Positions 18,678 through 26,970 of a DNA stretch of 44,477 nucleotides are shown piece after piece; the first letter of the stretch is position 1, and the number at the start of each line of letters is the position of its first letter. Source of the DNA: a bacterium (GTDB lineage: Bacteria; Patescibacteriota; Patescibacteriia; JACQRZ01); NCBI GenBank assembly GCA_030688365.1, contig JAUYIE010000012.1:1-44477 (forward strand). Direction: 5' to 3'. The position numbers were made by a program, and so were the translations under genes. The notes under the pieces are model-generated. The model made no database searches. It saw only the letters and a program-made list of their open reading frames with translations, and was not told where the DNA came from.

Positions 18678-18973
18678 AGTTAAGTCTTTTAACGAGCGCA
18701 ACCCTCATCTCGTGTTACTTTTCACGAGAAACTGCCTCGGATAACGAGGAGGAAGGTGAGGATGACGTCAAATCAGCATGGCCCTTACGCCCTGGGCCAC
18801 ACACGTGCTACAATGGCCGATACAATGGGTCGCCAAGTCGCAAGACGGAGCTAATCCCACCAAAGTCGGCCTCAGTTCGGATTGGAGGCTGCAACTCGCC
18901 TCCATGAAGCTGGAATCGCTAGTAACCGCGCATCAGCCATGGTGCGGTGAATACGTTCTCGGGTTTTGTACAC

Positions 18974-19897
18974 GGAGCGCTTGGTAGCATGCGCATCCAG
19001 TATGTGAAAGTCATACCAGAGAGATAGAGACTCTCTGAAGCGAAATTACAGTAGTGTTCTGTGAAGGCCACTATGGAGAGTAAGAGTAGTAGTAACCAGC
19101 TTGAGTATTTGTTTGAAGCATTCTTTGGTGACGATCCCCTGTGTACAGGGAGAAGTTATCTCTAACCTTATATTGAAGAATGTATAGAATACCTAAGATG
19201 GATACAAACGGATAGTATGTGACCCAAGGAGATCTTGTTTACTCCTGTTTCTCGTGGTATATTACCACCGAGAAAAGGTATATGAATTGGTAACAATCAT
19301 AAAAGGTATGCAAGAAGTCAGCAGATCCCATAGTACTTCAACAGAGGTTGAAGGAAGGGGTGAACCTAGCAATAAAAAAGCACTCTCGCCGTGGTATGTA
19401 GTAGGTTTTACTGACGGGGAAGGAAGTTTTTCAGTGAGTATCACTCATCATCGTACACTCAAAACACGAGTCGAGATTAGTCCCGACTTTTCAATTGAGT
19501 TGCGAAAAGATGATGAAGAAATACTGACACGAATTCAATCCCTTCTCGGCGTAGGAAAAATCTATTATGTACGTTTTAGGAATGAAGCGTGGCAAGACCA
19601 TGCAAAACTAAAAGTGAGAAGTGTGAAAGAGCTGCACGAAGTAGTGATCCCGTTCTTTCGTACCTATCCCCTTCAAGCAAAGAAGGCAAAAGTGTTTGAA
19701 ATCTTTGCAACGATAGTGGAAATGATGGTGCGCAAAGAACATCTTACTTATGGTGGGATACAAAAGATCAAAAAACTTCGAGAGCAGATGCAGATATTTG
19801 GAAAAAAATATCGCAACTAGGAACCGCCAGGATACGGGAAAACCGTTCGTCCGGTGGTGTGGGAGATACACAGTGGAAACACGTCTATAATCCCGAT
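18974..19897 (+). mobile_element. Insertion 2 in 16S (near E. coli 1397/1398), class unresolved, carrying a homing-endonuclease gene
   Basis: Splits TTGTACAC / ACCGCCCGTCAC with no positional ambiguity. The flanking exon base is C and the last inserted base is T. The motifs shared by introns 1 and 3 are absent. Confidence 0.6.
19308..19820 (+). CDS. Single-motif LAGLIDADG homing endonuclease (insertion 2 ORF)
   Basis: WYVVGFTDGEGSFSVS motif and a size of about 170 aa, typical of homodimeric family members. ATG 19308 is preceded by AAAAGG. The ORF is open from 19254. Confidence 0.8.
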   Translation: MQEVSRSHSTSTEVEGRGEPSNKKALSPWYVVGFTDGEGSFSVSITHHRTLKTRVEISPDFSIELRKDDEEILTRIQSLLGVGKIYYVRFRNEAWQDHAKLKVRSVKELHEVVIPFFRTYPLQAKKAKVFEIFATIVEMMVRKEHLTYGGIQKIKKLREQMQIFGKKYRN

Positions 19898-19984
19898 ACC
19901 GCCCGTCACGCCAAGAGAGTCGGTAACACCTGAAGAGGCTCGTTCGAGTACCTAGGGTGGGATCGATGATAGGGGCGAAGTCGT

Positions 19985-20813
19985 GAGTGCACTCTGCACA
20001 TTGTTGCGACCTTTCGAAGTAATTCGAAATGAGAAATCTGACTATATCGGTGAATCCCCTTTAATGTTATAGTTAAAGGACAATACCGAGGGAAGTTTTC
20101 TAAAGAGAGGTATTATGGCAAATACCAAAGTATTTCATCAGATGAGAGTAGACATCATTCTGAATGCGACCCAACGAGAAATCGTTGTTGGTACGGTGCT
20201 AGGTGATGGATCTCTTATTGAGACGTTTTCTAAGAAGAATTTACGTCTTCAGATTGAGCAGTGCGATGCGCAAAAATCGTATGTGTTCTGGAAATATGAA
20301 ATGCTGGAATCTCTGATTTGTACTCCTCCACGATATCAAGAGAAAAAGAAATCGTGGCGAGTGCGAACTATTAGTCACCCAGATATTACTGAAATAGGTT
20401 TCCATTTTTACAATGGAAGAAAGAAAGTGATACCAAACGATTTTGAACTGTTCCTAACACCACTGGCACTCGCTGTATGGTTTATGGATGATGGTTCAAG
20501 AGATCAAGTACGCGGAACGTATATATTGAATACTCAATGCTTTACAAAAGCAGAAGTAGAAAGAATACGGATCGCGTTACAAATAAAGTTTGGTCTATCC
20601 CCTATCTCAATACACAAAGATAAATCTGGTTGGCGCTTGTATATTCAGAAACCGTCAAGTAAACGTTTTGAGACAATTGTTTCACCGTTTATACTGCCGG
20701 TGATGGAATACAAAATAGGAAAACCCCGTAGAGACTACACGTCGGCTCCTGCAAAGCCATTCGCAGGATGAAGATATAGTCCGTGCCTCGTGGTAACATG
20801 AGGGTAATACATG
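19985..20813 (+). mobile_element. Group I intron 3 in 16S (near E. coli 1498/1499), carrying a homing-endonuclease gene
   Basis: The 5' exon ends in U and the intron ends in G. P1 pairs exon GUCGU with intron GCGAC (20006..20010), with a U-G wobble at the splice site. P2-like hairpin TTTCGAA-GTAA-TTCGAAA. Core motifs GGAAAACCCCGTAGAGACTA and AAGATATAGTCC. Confidence 0.8.
20115..20771 (+). CDS. Double-motif LAGLIDADG homing endonuclease (intron 3 ORF), paralogous to the intron 1 ORF
   Basis: Motifs VVGTVLGDGSL and VWFMDDGSR. RBS GAGAGG. The 3' end reads through the GTAGAGACTA core motif. Confidence 0.85.
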   Translation: MANTKVFHQMRVDIILNATQREIVVGTVLGDGSLIETFSKKNLRLQIEQCDAQKSYVFWKYEMLESLICTPPRYQEKKKSWRVRTISHPDITEIGFHFYNGRKKVIPNDFELFLTPLALAVWFMDDGSRDQVRGTYILNTQCFTKAEVERIRIALQIKFGLSPISIHKDKSGWRLYIQKPSSKRFETIVSPFILPVMEYKIGKPRRDYTSAPAKPFAG

Positions 20814-20948
20814 AACAAGGCACCCGTAGCGGAAGCTGTGGGTGGATCACCTCCTTTCTAGGGAGATAAAAAAATGTTTCCTCTCACGAGGAAAACAATT
20901 CTAAGGTCGAGGTTTTATGAAAGCAATTTCAAAGACTGTGTTCGCGAG

Positions 20949-20974
20949 GTCTGTCACTTAATGAATGGAAAGAT
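20949..20974 (+). other. 3' strand of the putative 16S processing stem
   Basis: GTCTGTCACTTAATGAATGGAAAGAT is complementary to 16481..16506. Confidence 0.6.
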
Positions 20975-20983
20975 AAAAAAATT

Positions 20984-21007
20984 CTGCCCTTTTTGGGCAG
21001 TTTTTTT
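20984..21007 (+). terminator. Rho-independent terminator directly after the 16S gene
   Basis: CTGCCC-TTTTT-GGGCAG followed by TTTTTTT. Confidence 0.75.
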
Positions 21008-21022
21008 AAATTAATTTACTAC

Positions 21023-21460
21023 TTAAATAAAAATAAATTTAGTACTCTTTTCTTTAAATAGTTTTTCTACTACTTCTTCAAAATTTAAACCACTTCGGTT
21101 AGCCTTTGAAGCAATAAAAAGGGCAAAGATGAGATTATAATCATTTCCCGTTAATAGAGAATTTCCTATAATATATTCTTGAAGTTTTCTTTTGTCTTCA
21201 AAAGGTAATATTGGAAGAAGATCACTCATCCACTTTTCAGAAAATTCTTTCAATGATGTTGCTAGCATATCAATACACTTTTTACAGGCAGTGCTACCAT
21301 CTTCAAAACCAATGTGTGGCACACTGTGTATTGTACAATATGCTTTTGAAACACTGGCGCATACCCTACATAAATATGTATTGAGTTTTCCGTCCTTATG
21401 TTTGATTGGTACGTAAGTGAACCATTCTGATGTACCTAATCCACACTGTTCACAATTCAT
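21023..21460 (-). CDS. Hypothetical protein with a Cys-rich (zinc-ribbon-like) N-terminus
   Basis: Start MNCEQCG, preceded by the RBS AAGGGGG. CxxC...CxxC...C..H...CxxC pattern. The ORF is open from 21490. Confidence 0.55.
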   Translation of the reverse strand: MNCEQCGLGTSEWFTYVPIKHKDGKLNTYLCRVCASVSKAYCTIHSVPHIGFEDGSTACKKCIDMLATSLKEFSEKWMSDLLPILPFEDKRKLQEYIIGNSLLTGNDYNLIFALFIASKANRSGLNFEEVVEKLFKEKSTKFIFI

Positions 21461-21553
21461 CGTTGTGTCCCCCTTATATAAAATGAACAATAATATTTGA
21501 TCACTCTATGATATAGAGTGGTAAGAGTCAAGAGAGTGGATTTGTCTGTAAAT

Positions 21554-21580
21554 AAATAACCTCCATTTTTGGAGGTTTTT
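21554..21580. terminator. Bidirectional-looking terminator hairpin
   Basis: CCTCCA-TTTT-TGGAGG (loop shown strictly between the two arms) flanked by A-rich and T-rich runs. Located just downstream of the minus-strand gene 21579..21770. Confidence 0.55.
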
Positions 21581-21770
21581 ATAGTTTCCGCTTGCATGCA
21601 TCGCACTCAAAGTCCTTAATGGCTAACTTTAATACTTTGTATCGTAGACGATTAAATATATCAGTTAGTTCTATTATGACATCCACACCTTGTTTGCTTT
21701 GAGATATAAAAAAGCATTCATTTTTATATCTGCCACATACGGGACACTCACCTTCTTTGGTTTCGTTCAT
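21579..21770 (-). CDS. Small Cys-rich (CxxC...CxxC) hypothetical protein
   Basis: 63 aa with RBS AAGGAG. Motifs CPVCGRYKNEC and CDACKRK. Confidence 0.55.
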   Translation of the reverse strand: MNETKEGECPVCGRYKNECFFISQSKQGVDVIIELTDIFNRLRYKVLKLAIKDFECDACKRKL

Positions 21771-21887
21771 AATTTCATCTCCTTTTCAGAATGAACAATG
21801 ATATTATTTGTTACCCTATAGAAGTGGGGTGGAAAAGTCAATAAGTATACAACAAAAAAGCATGGCTTGCACCATACTTTTTTGAAA

Positions 21888-22211
21888 TGCCGAGGGAGAG
21901 AATCGGACTCTCGACACGAGGATTTTCCAAACTCGCGTTCTTGGATTACTCCAAGGATCGGACTATATCATCATCCGCTCCACCGCAAACGATGGAGTGA
22001 GGAGCTGGGCGCTATCTGTGAGGTTATTGTTGGGACTCACTCACTAGTCTCTACACCTTCTAGGAAACTTTCGCCAATGGCGATATACCCTTCCTAGCTT
22101 GGCTCGGGATTGCCCCTAAGGGTTTCCCCGAATTCACCCAGTTTGTCATTTCACATTACTGTGAAAGGGACCGAAAACCAGTCCTCTGCTCTACCACTGA
22201 GCTACCTCGGC
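21888..22211 (-). tRNA. tRNA-Phe(GAA) interrupted by a group I intron; exons 22180..22211 and 21888..21927; no encoded CCA
   Basis: The spliced sequence is GCCGAGGUAGCUCAGUGGUAGAGCAGAGGACU|GAAAAUCCUCGUGUCGAGAGUCCGAUUCUCUCCCUCGGCA. It folds as a cloverleaf and closely parallels E. coli tRNA-Phe as recalled. Confidence 0.85.
21928..22179 (-). mobile_element. 252-nt ORF-less group I intron (IC3-like) in the tRNA-Phe anticodon loop, between U33 and G34
   Basis: P1 pairs exon GGACU with intron GGUCC, with a U-G wobble at the splice site and a 7-nt loop. The intron ends in G. Internal CCCGAGCCAAGC and GAAGGUGUAGAGACUAG match recalled Azoarcus tRNA-Ile intron sequence. GAUAUAGUCC is also present. 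Confidence 0.85.
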
Positions 22212-22254
22212 ATGTGGTACCTTCAAATAAAATGCCCGCAAGGGGCGCCTTTGA

Positions 22255-22331
22255 TGGTGGGCGTACCAGGATTCGAACCTGAGACCTCGACATTATCAGT
22301 GTCGCGCTCTAACCAACTGAGCTATACGCCC
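22255..22331 (-). tRNA. tRNA-Ile(GAU), CCA encoded
   Basis: Reverse complement is GGGCGTATAGCTCAGTTGGTTAGAGCGCGACACTGATAATGTCGAGGTCTCAGGTTCGAATCCTGGTACGCCCACCA. Cloverleaf with anticodon loop CTGATAA. Confidence 0.9.
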
Positions 22332-22387
22332 CTATATACAAAGGATATAGTAAGGGAAAAATCGAATTGTTGCAAGCCTTGGGTGAA

Positions 22388-23233
22388 TCAAATCTTTGTA
22401 CTCACGATATACTCTTCCAACGCCTCTTTGATTGATCGCATGGATGGAAGTTTTGTGTTTATGAGAGCGGAAAACAGAGGACGCTTAGCGACAGGAGTCG
22501 TCTTGCCTTTGTAATACTCATCAGTGCTGACGGGGGTGATCGTGTTGGCCAGACCCAGCAAAGACACAATGATTTGTGCAAGCCCATACAAGCTCATACC
22601 TCCTTCGTTGGTAATATGATATATGCCGACGGGCAGGCTATGGTCTAAAATATACTTAGTCTGTAACGCGAGGTCATGTGCGTGGGTGTAACAGTGCACC
22701 TGATCATCAACCACGGTGAGATCCTTTCCAGACTGCGCCGAATTTATGATAGCTCTGACAAAATTAAAACTACTCCCCCTTCCAAAAATGTATGAAGTAC
22801 GGATGATGTATGATCCTGCACACAGTTGTTCCATCAATGCTTTTGATTGCGCATACACGCTGATAGGCGATGGTGCGACGTCCTCTGTGTATCCATTTTT
22901 ATGAGTGCCGTCAAATACGTAGTCCGTGGAATATTGCACAAACGGTACTGCATACTCTTTGCACCATTTTGAAATATATCCTGGCGTGATGGCGTTGATC
23001 AAAAACGGTTCGCTTGTATTTATTTCCGCGCCGTCTACATCATTGTACGCCGCGCAATTTATTACGAGTGTTGGTTGAAATGTCTCAAGATATTCCACGA
23101 CTTTTGGCGGGCATGACAAATCAAGATCTTCAATCGCAATACCGTGCGGAGCATATTGTGCAAACACCTTCATGATCTCCTGCCCCAGCTGTCCCTGCGC
23201 GCCGATGACAAGAATTTTTCTGTATATATCCAT
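22388..23233 (-). CDS. rmlD: dTDP-4-dehydrorhamnose reductase family (RmlD-like) NAD(P)-dependent reductase
   Basis: 281 aa with the Rossmann motif ILVIGAQGQLGQ. RmlD-like length and blocks (STDYVFDG, YAQSKAL). Confidence 0.8.
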   Translation of the reverse strand: MDIYRKILVIGAQGQLGQEIMKVFAQYAPHGIAIEDLDLSCPPKVVEYLETFQPTLVINCAAYNDVDGAEINTSEPFLINAITPGYISKWCKEYAVPFVQYSTDYVFDGTHKNGYTEDVAPSPISVYAQSKALMEQLCAGSYIIRTSYIFGRGSSFNFVRAIINSAQSGKDLTVVDDQVHCYTHAHDLALQTKYILDHSLPVGIYHITNEGGMSLYGLAQIIVSLLGLANTITPVSTDEYYKGKTTPVAKRPLFSALINTKLPSMRSIKEALEEYIVSTKI

Positions 23234-23236
23234 AAT

Positions 23237-23656
23237 TTACTGTTGTGCGAGATATTCAGCGCTTGCTTTTACAAACTCTTCATAGTCTTCAATATAATCA
23301 GATCGATCGGGACTGTAGTTGGTAGATGAAAGTGCGGTGACTAGTGAGTCCGGTGAAGCATTTTTGAAACCGTGCCAGATATAACTGGGGACATACAGCG
23401 CTTCTCCTGCTTTCAGGGGGAATTCTTCAACGCCATTTCCTTGATCAATGAACGCACTTGATGTGCCTTTCATCTGAATAAAAAACTCCTCTTCAATTTT
23501 ATGGCAATGCTGACCTGTTTCATCCTCTGGTTTCATGTCGTCAAAAAAGTAGATACGTTTGACTTCAAACGGCACCACCTCCGCCAGCTCAACAGGGGTC
23601 AGATTGAAACCACGGTTGGTAAATGTTTTTAACAAAACTTTTTGTATTTCTTTCAT
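23237..23656 (-). CDS. FdtA/WxcM-like cupin (dTDP-4-keto-6-deoxyhexose 3,4-ketoisomerase family)
   Basis: 139 aa. VKRIYFFDD...GQHCHKIEEEFFIQMKG...LYVPSYIWHGF...YSPDRSDYIEDYEEF aligns well with recalled FdtA. RmlC signature blocks were not seen. Confidence 0.65.
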   Translation of the reverse strand: MKEIQKVLLKTFTNRGFNLTPVELAEVVPFEVKRIYFFDDMKPEDETGQHCHKIEEEFFIQMKGTSSAFIDQGNGVEEFPLKAGEALYVPSYIWHGFKNASPDSLVTALSSTNYSPDRSDYIEDYEEFVKASAEYLAQQ

Positions 23657-23663
23657 AGATATA

Positions 23664-24719
23664 TTAAGTTACGGCTTTCATTGTTTCAGACGAGCGATCA
23701 AGTCCTCCTTGAAATGAATTCATTTCATTGCGCTTTTTCTCCCAGATTTTTTCTACCCACGGCGTGTTGTCTTGATACCATTGTACGGTTTCTTTCATGC
23801 CCCGTGCAAATTTGTCTCGGGTGTATTCCGGCTTCCATCCAAGGTTCATGATTTTTGTCGCATCAATCGCGTATCGGCGATCATGTCCCGGTCGGTCGGT
23901 GACGTATTCAATCATATCCTCCCCCTTCCCCAGCGCTGACAAAATCATTTTTGTGATTTCAAGATTATTTCGTTCATTGTCACATCCGATATTGTAGATT
24001 TCGCCTGGTGTTCCTTTGTGGAGTAAAAGATCTAATGCCCTTGCGTGATCGTTGACATGAATCCAGTCGCGGATATTGAGACCATCGCCGTACACAGGGA
24101 TTTTTTCTCCTTTAAGAAGTTTGAAGACAAAAAATGGAATGAGTTTTTCCGGAAATTGGTAGGGACCATAGTTGTTTGAACAATGAGTCACGACGACCGG
24201 TGTCTTGTGAGTGACCCAGTAGGCGTTGCACATGAGGTCGCCACCGGCCTTTGCAGCTGCGTAGGGCATGTTGGGGACGATAGGGGTGCTTTCAGTAAAC
24301 AAACGATCTTCATCAAGCTCTAGAGCACCATACACCTCATCGGTGGATACGTTCACAAACTTTGTGATGTTGTTGTTGCGTACCGCATCCAAAATCATCT
24401 GCACCCCCAGTGTGTTGGTGAGTACAAAATCCTTACATCCTCCGTGAATGGAACGATCCACATGCGTTTCCGCGGCAAAGTTGATGACATGATCAATACT
24501 GTGTTCTTTGATGACTGCTTCCAGCGCATCCAGATCAGTAATATCTCCTTGTACGAATGTGTAGCGCGGATCGCTGGCGACATCGGCAAGATTATCCAAA
24601 TTCCCTGCGTACGTAAGTTTGTCAAAGTTTACGATTTTGTAATCAGGATAGGTAGACAGCATGTGATGAATAAAATTGGAGCCGATAAACCCTGCGCCAC
24701 CACAGACAAGGAGTTTCAT
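23664..24719 (-). CDS. rmlB: dTDP-glucose 4,6-dehydratase
   Basis: 351 aa with GGAGFIGSNF, a YAAAK catalytic YxxxK, and GPYQFPEKLIP. Confidence 0.9.
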   Translation of the reverse strand: MKLLVCGGAGFIGSNFIHHMLSTYPDYKIVNFDKLTYAGNLDNLADVASDPRYTFVQGDITDLDALEAVIKEHSIDHVINFAAETHVDRSIHGGCKDFVLTNTLGVQMILDAVRNNNITKFVNVSTDEVYGALELDEDRLFTESTPIVPNMPYAAAKAGGDLMCNAYWVTHKTPVVVTHCSNNYGPYQFPEKLIPFFVFKLLKGEKIPVYGDGLNIRDWIHVNDHARALDLLLHKGTPGEIYNIGCDNERNNLEITKMILSALGKGEDMIEYVTDRPGHDRRYAIDATKIMNLGWKPEYTRDKFARGMKETVQWYQDNTPWVEKIWEKKRNEMNSFQGGLDRSSETMKAVT

Positions 24720-24738
24720 AGTATTTTTAAATAAAAAT

Positions 24739-25614
24739 TTATTTCTTCTTTAAAAGATTCAAAAGACGTTGCCCATATCCGCTCTTTAAAAGAGGTGTGG
24801 CGATATTCTCTAGTTGTTCATCATTGATAAAGCCATTTCTCCACGCTGATTCTTCCGGAGAACCAACCAAGAGGTTGTGGTCTGTCTCCATAGCTTCAAT
24901 ATAATTACTCGCTCGTTTCAACGAATCAAATGTTCCGCAGTCATACCACGCAGAACCTCGTGGAAGGACAACGACTTTTAGTTTCTTTTTATTTAAGTAT
25001 GCATTGTGCACGTCGGTTATCTCAAGCTCATTTCGGGCAGATGGCTTTATATTTTCTGCGATCTCTACCACCTCATTGTCGCAAAAGTATAGGCCGGGGA
25101 TGATATATGAAGATTTTGGCTGTGTGGGTTTTTCTTCAATACTGATCACATTCATGTTGTCATCAAACTCAACAACCCCCGACCTTTCGGGGTCTTGTAC
25201 TTGTCGGGCAAATATAATACCACCATCAGGATCAATACAAGATTTTAACATACCGGTAAATCCCGCACTGTGAAAAATGTTATCACCCAACACCATACAT
25301 ACTTTATCTGAGCCGATAAATTCTTTACCAAGTATAAATGATTGAGCGAGCCCATCGGGCGATGGCTGTTCTTTGTATTGGAAACTACACCCGAATTGAG
25401 AGCCATCACCGAGCAGACTTTGAAACTTAGGAAGGTCGTGCGGTGTTGAAATAATAAGAATGTCTTTTATTCCCGCGAACATGAGCACCGACAGTGGATA
25501 GTAGATCATCGGTTTGTCGTAAACAGGAATGAGTTGTTTACTCACTGCTAATGTAATAGGGTGCAGACGTGTTCCCGACCCCCCTGCTAAGATGATTCCC
25601 TTCATAGGCAACAA
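24739..25614 (-). CDS. rmlA: Glucose-1-phosphate thymidylyltransferase
   Basis: 291 aa with [17 protein letters not shown] and the typical RmlA C-terminal region. Confidence 0.9.
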   Translation of the reverse strand: MLPMKGIILAGGSGTRLHPITLAVSKQLIPVYDKPMIYYPLSVLMFAGIKDILIISTPHDLPKFQSLLGDGSQFGCSFQYKEQPSPDGLAQSFILGKEFIGSDKVCMVLGDNIFHSAGFTGMLKSCIDPDGGIIFARQVQDPERSGVVEFDDNMNVISIEEKPTQPKSSYIIPGLYFCDNEVVEIAENIKPSARNELEITDVHNAYLNKKKLKVVVLPRGSAWYDCGTFDSLKRASNYIEAMETDHNLLVGSPEESAWRNGFINDEQLENIATPLLKSGYGQRLLNLLKKK

Positions 25615-25704
25615 GATGATGATTAGACCTTCTTAGTGTATAAAAAAGAGCGGAAACGTCAAGGGTTGCGCAAACTCAAAAAGTCGGGTACCATATTGCT
25701 ATTA

Positions 25705-25775
25705 CGGGGTGTCGTATACCGGTAGTACGCATGGTTTGGGACCATGTCGACTGGGTTCGATTCCCAGCACCCCGA
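25705..25775 (+). tRNA. tRNA-Pro(UGG), no encoded CCA
   Basis: CGGGGTG acceptor pairs with CACCCCG. Anticodon loop TTTGGGA. T-arm CTGGG-TTCGATT-CCCAG. Confidence 0.85.
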
Positions 25776-25802
25776 TTTTGAATATTTGTTTAGTGTGTGA
25801 AT

Positions 25803-26453
25803 ATGACTGCAATGAATTTTGAAATACCAAACAACCCAGAGACAGAACATTTTTTACAATGGGTCAAGGACGAAATCAAAGTTTATGAGGATAATTTTGA
25901 GCTATCTCATGGCGATTTAAACAATAAAAAGATTTTAGAAATTGGAGCAGGAGATCGGCGATTCGCCGCCACCTGTCTTCTGAATGGACTAACTTCTGAA
26001 GTGTATTCATTAGAGCCTGGACTGGGAAACGGAGAGTTTGACGAGGCAAAGCCGTATGCGACCAAAGAGTTTCTTGGTGGTGTTCTAGACAAGCTTCCGC
26101 AAGATATCCAAAATAAGATTGAAGAAAAGACGATTATCTCCGACGCGGAGAAGATATCTGATTCTGATGGTACTTACGATCTTGTTATTGGTCGATCAGT
26201 TCCTTTTGAATCGGAAGAACAACTTGAGAAACGTTTACACGAACTATTACGAGTATCAAAACATGTTCGACTATATCCCATTAATGAAAGCAATCGTGAT
26301 GCTTATACCAGGGCAATAGAGATACTCACCAAAGATAGACAAATATCTGTGGAATATAAAACTACAGTTGAGGATGATATTCCGACAGAAACAGGCATAA
26401 AACACATTACAGAAGATGTGGTGATATTGCGGAAAACGATTTTTGCAGACTAA
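25803..26453 (+). CDS. Hypothetical protein, possible class I SAM-dependent methyltransferase
   Basis: Motif I-like ILEIGAGDRRF. Otherwise unrecognised. Confidence 0.4.
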   Translation: MTAMNFEIPNNPETEHFLQWVKDEIKVYEDNFELSHGDLNNKKILEIGAGDRRFAATCLLNGLTSEVYSLEPGLGNGEFDEAKPYATKEFLGGVLDKLPQDIQNKIEEKTIISDAEKISDSDGTYDLVIGRSVPFESEEQLEKRLHELLRVSKHVRLYPINESNRDAYTRAIEILTKDRQISVEYKTTVEDDIPTETGIKHITEDVVILRKTIFAD

Positions 26454-26457
26454 TAAA

Positions 26458-26928
26458 TTATTTTTGAAATCCTTTCAAATCCCCCAACACTTCTTTGGTG
26501 TGCGTCACGGGATTGACGTTTGTATAGTGTTTGATGATCCCGCCGGTGGGATCAATGAGAAAAGATTCGCGCACCGCGCCCATATACTTTTTTCCAAACA
26601 TTGATTTTTCGCGCCAGACGTCATACTTGTCTACGACAACTTTATCTTCATCGGACAGTAAGGTAAATGTGAGTTTTTCTTTTCCTTCAAATTTTTTGTG
26701 ACTTGCACATGAGTCCACACTGACACCGAGCACTACCGCGTTGTATTTCGCGAACTCCTTGATATTTTTACTCATGACGCGCGCTTCTATCGTACATCCC
26801 GGCGTCATATCTTTTGGATAAAAATACAACAAGACATATTTACCTTTATAACTGGCGAGTGAATGTTTGTCGCCATTTTGGTCTGGCAACGAAAACGCGG
26901 GAGCTTTGGAACCGACGGTGATAGACAT
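26458..26928 (-). CDS. bcp: Thiol peroxidase / peroxiredoxin, Bcp type
   Basis: GSKAPAFSLPDQNG and FYPKDMTPGCTIEA (peroxidatic Cys). Start taken at MSITVGSKAP; the ORF is open from 26991. Confidence 0.85.
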   Translation of the reverse strand: MSITVGSKAPAFSLPDQNGDKHSLASYKGKYVLLYFYPKDMTPGCTIEARVMSKNIKEFAKYNAVVLGVSVDSCASHKKFEGKEKLTFTLLSDEDKVVVDKYDVWREKSMFGKKYMGAVRESFLIDPTGGIIKHYTNVNPVTHTKEVLGDLKGFQK

Positions 26929-26970
26929 ATATGATGTAGAGTTAAGAATTCTTGTTATACTATATGTATT

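Noticed and set aside
21867-22514. ORFs 21867..22097 and 22110..22514 on the plus strand.
   Set aside because: They are antisense to the tRNA-Phe exons and intron, tRNA-Ile and the 3' end of rmlD.
25659-25850. ORF 25659..25850 (-).
   Set aside because: It is antisense to tRNA-Pro(UGG).
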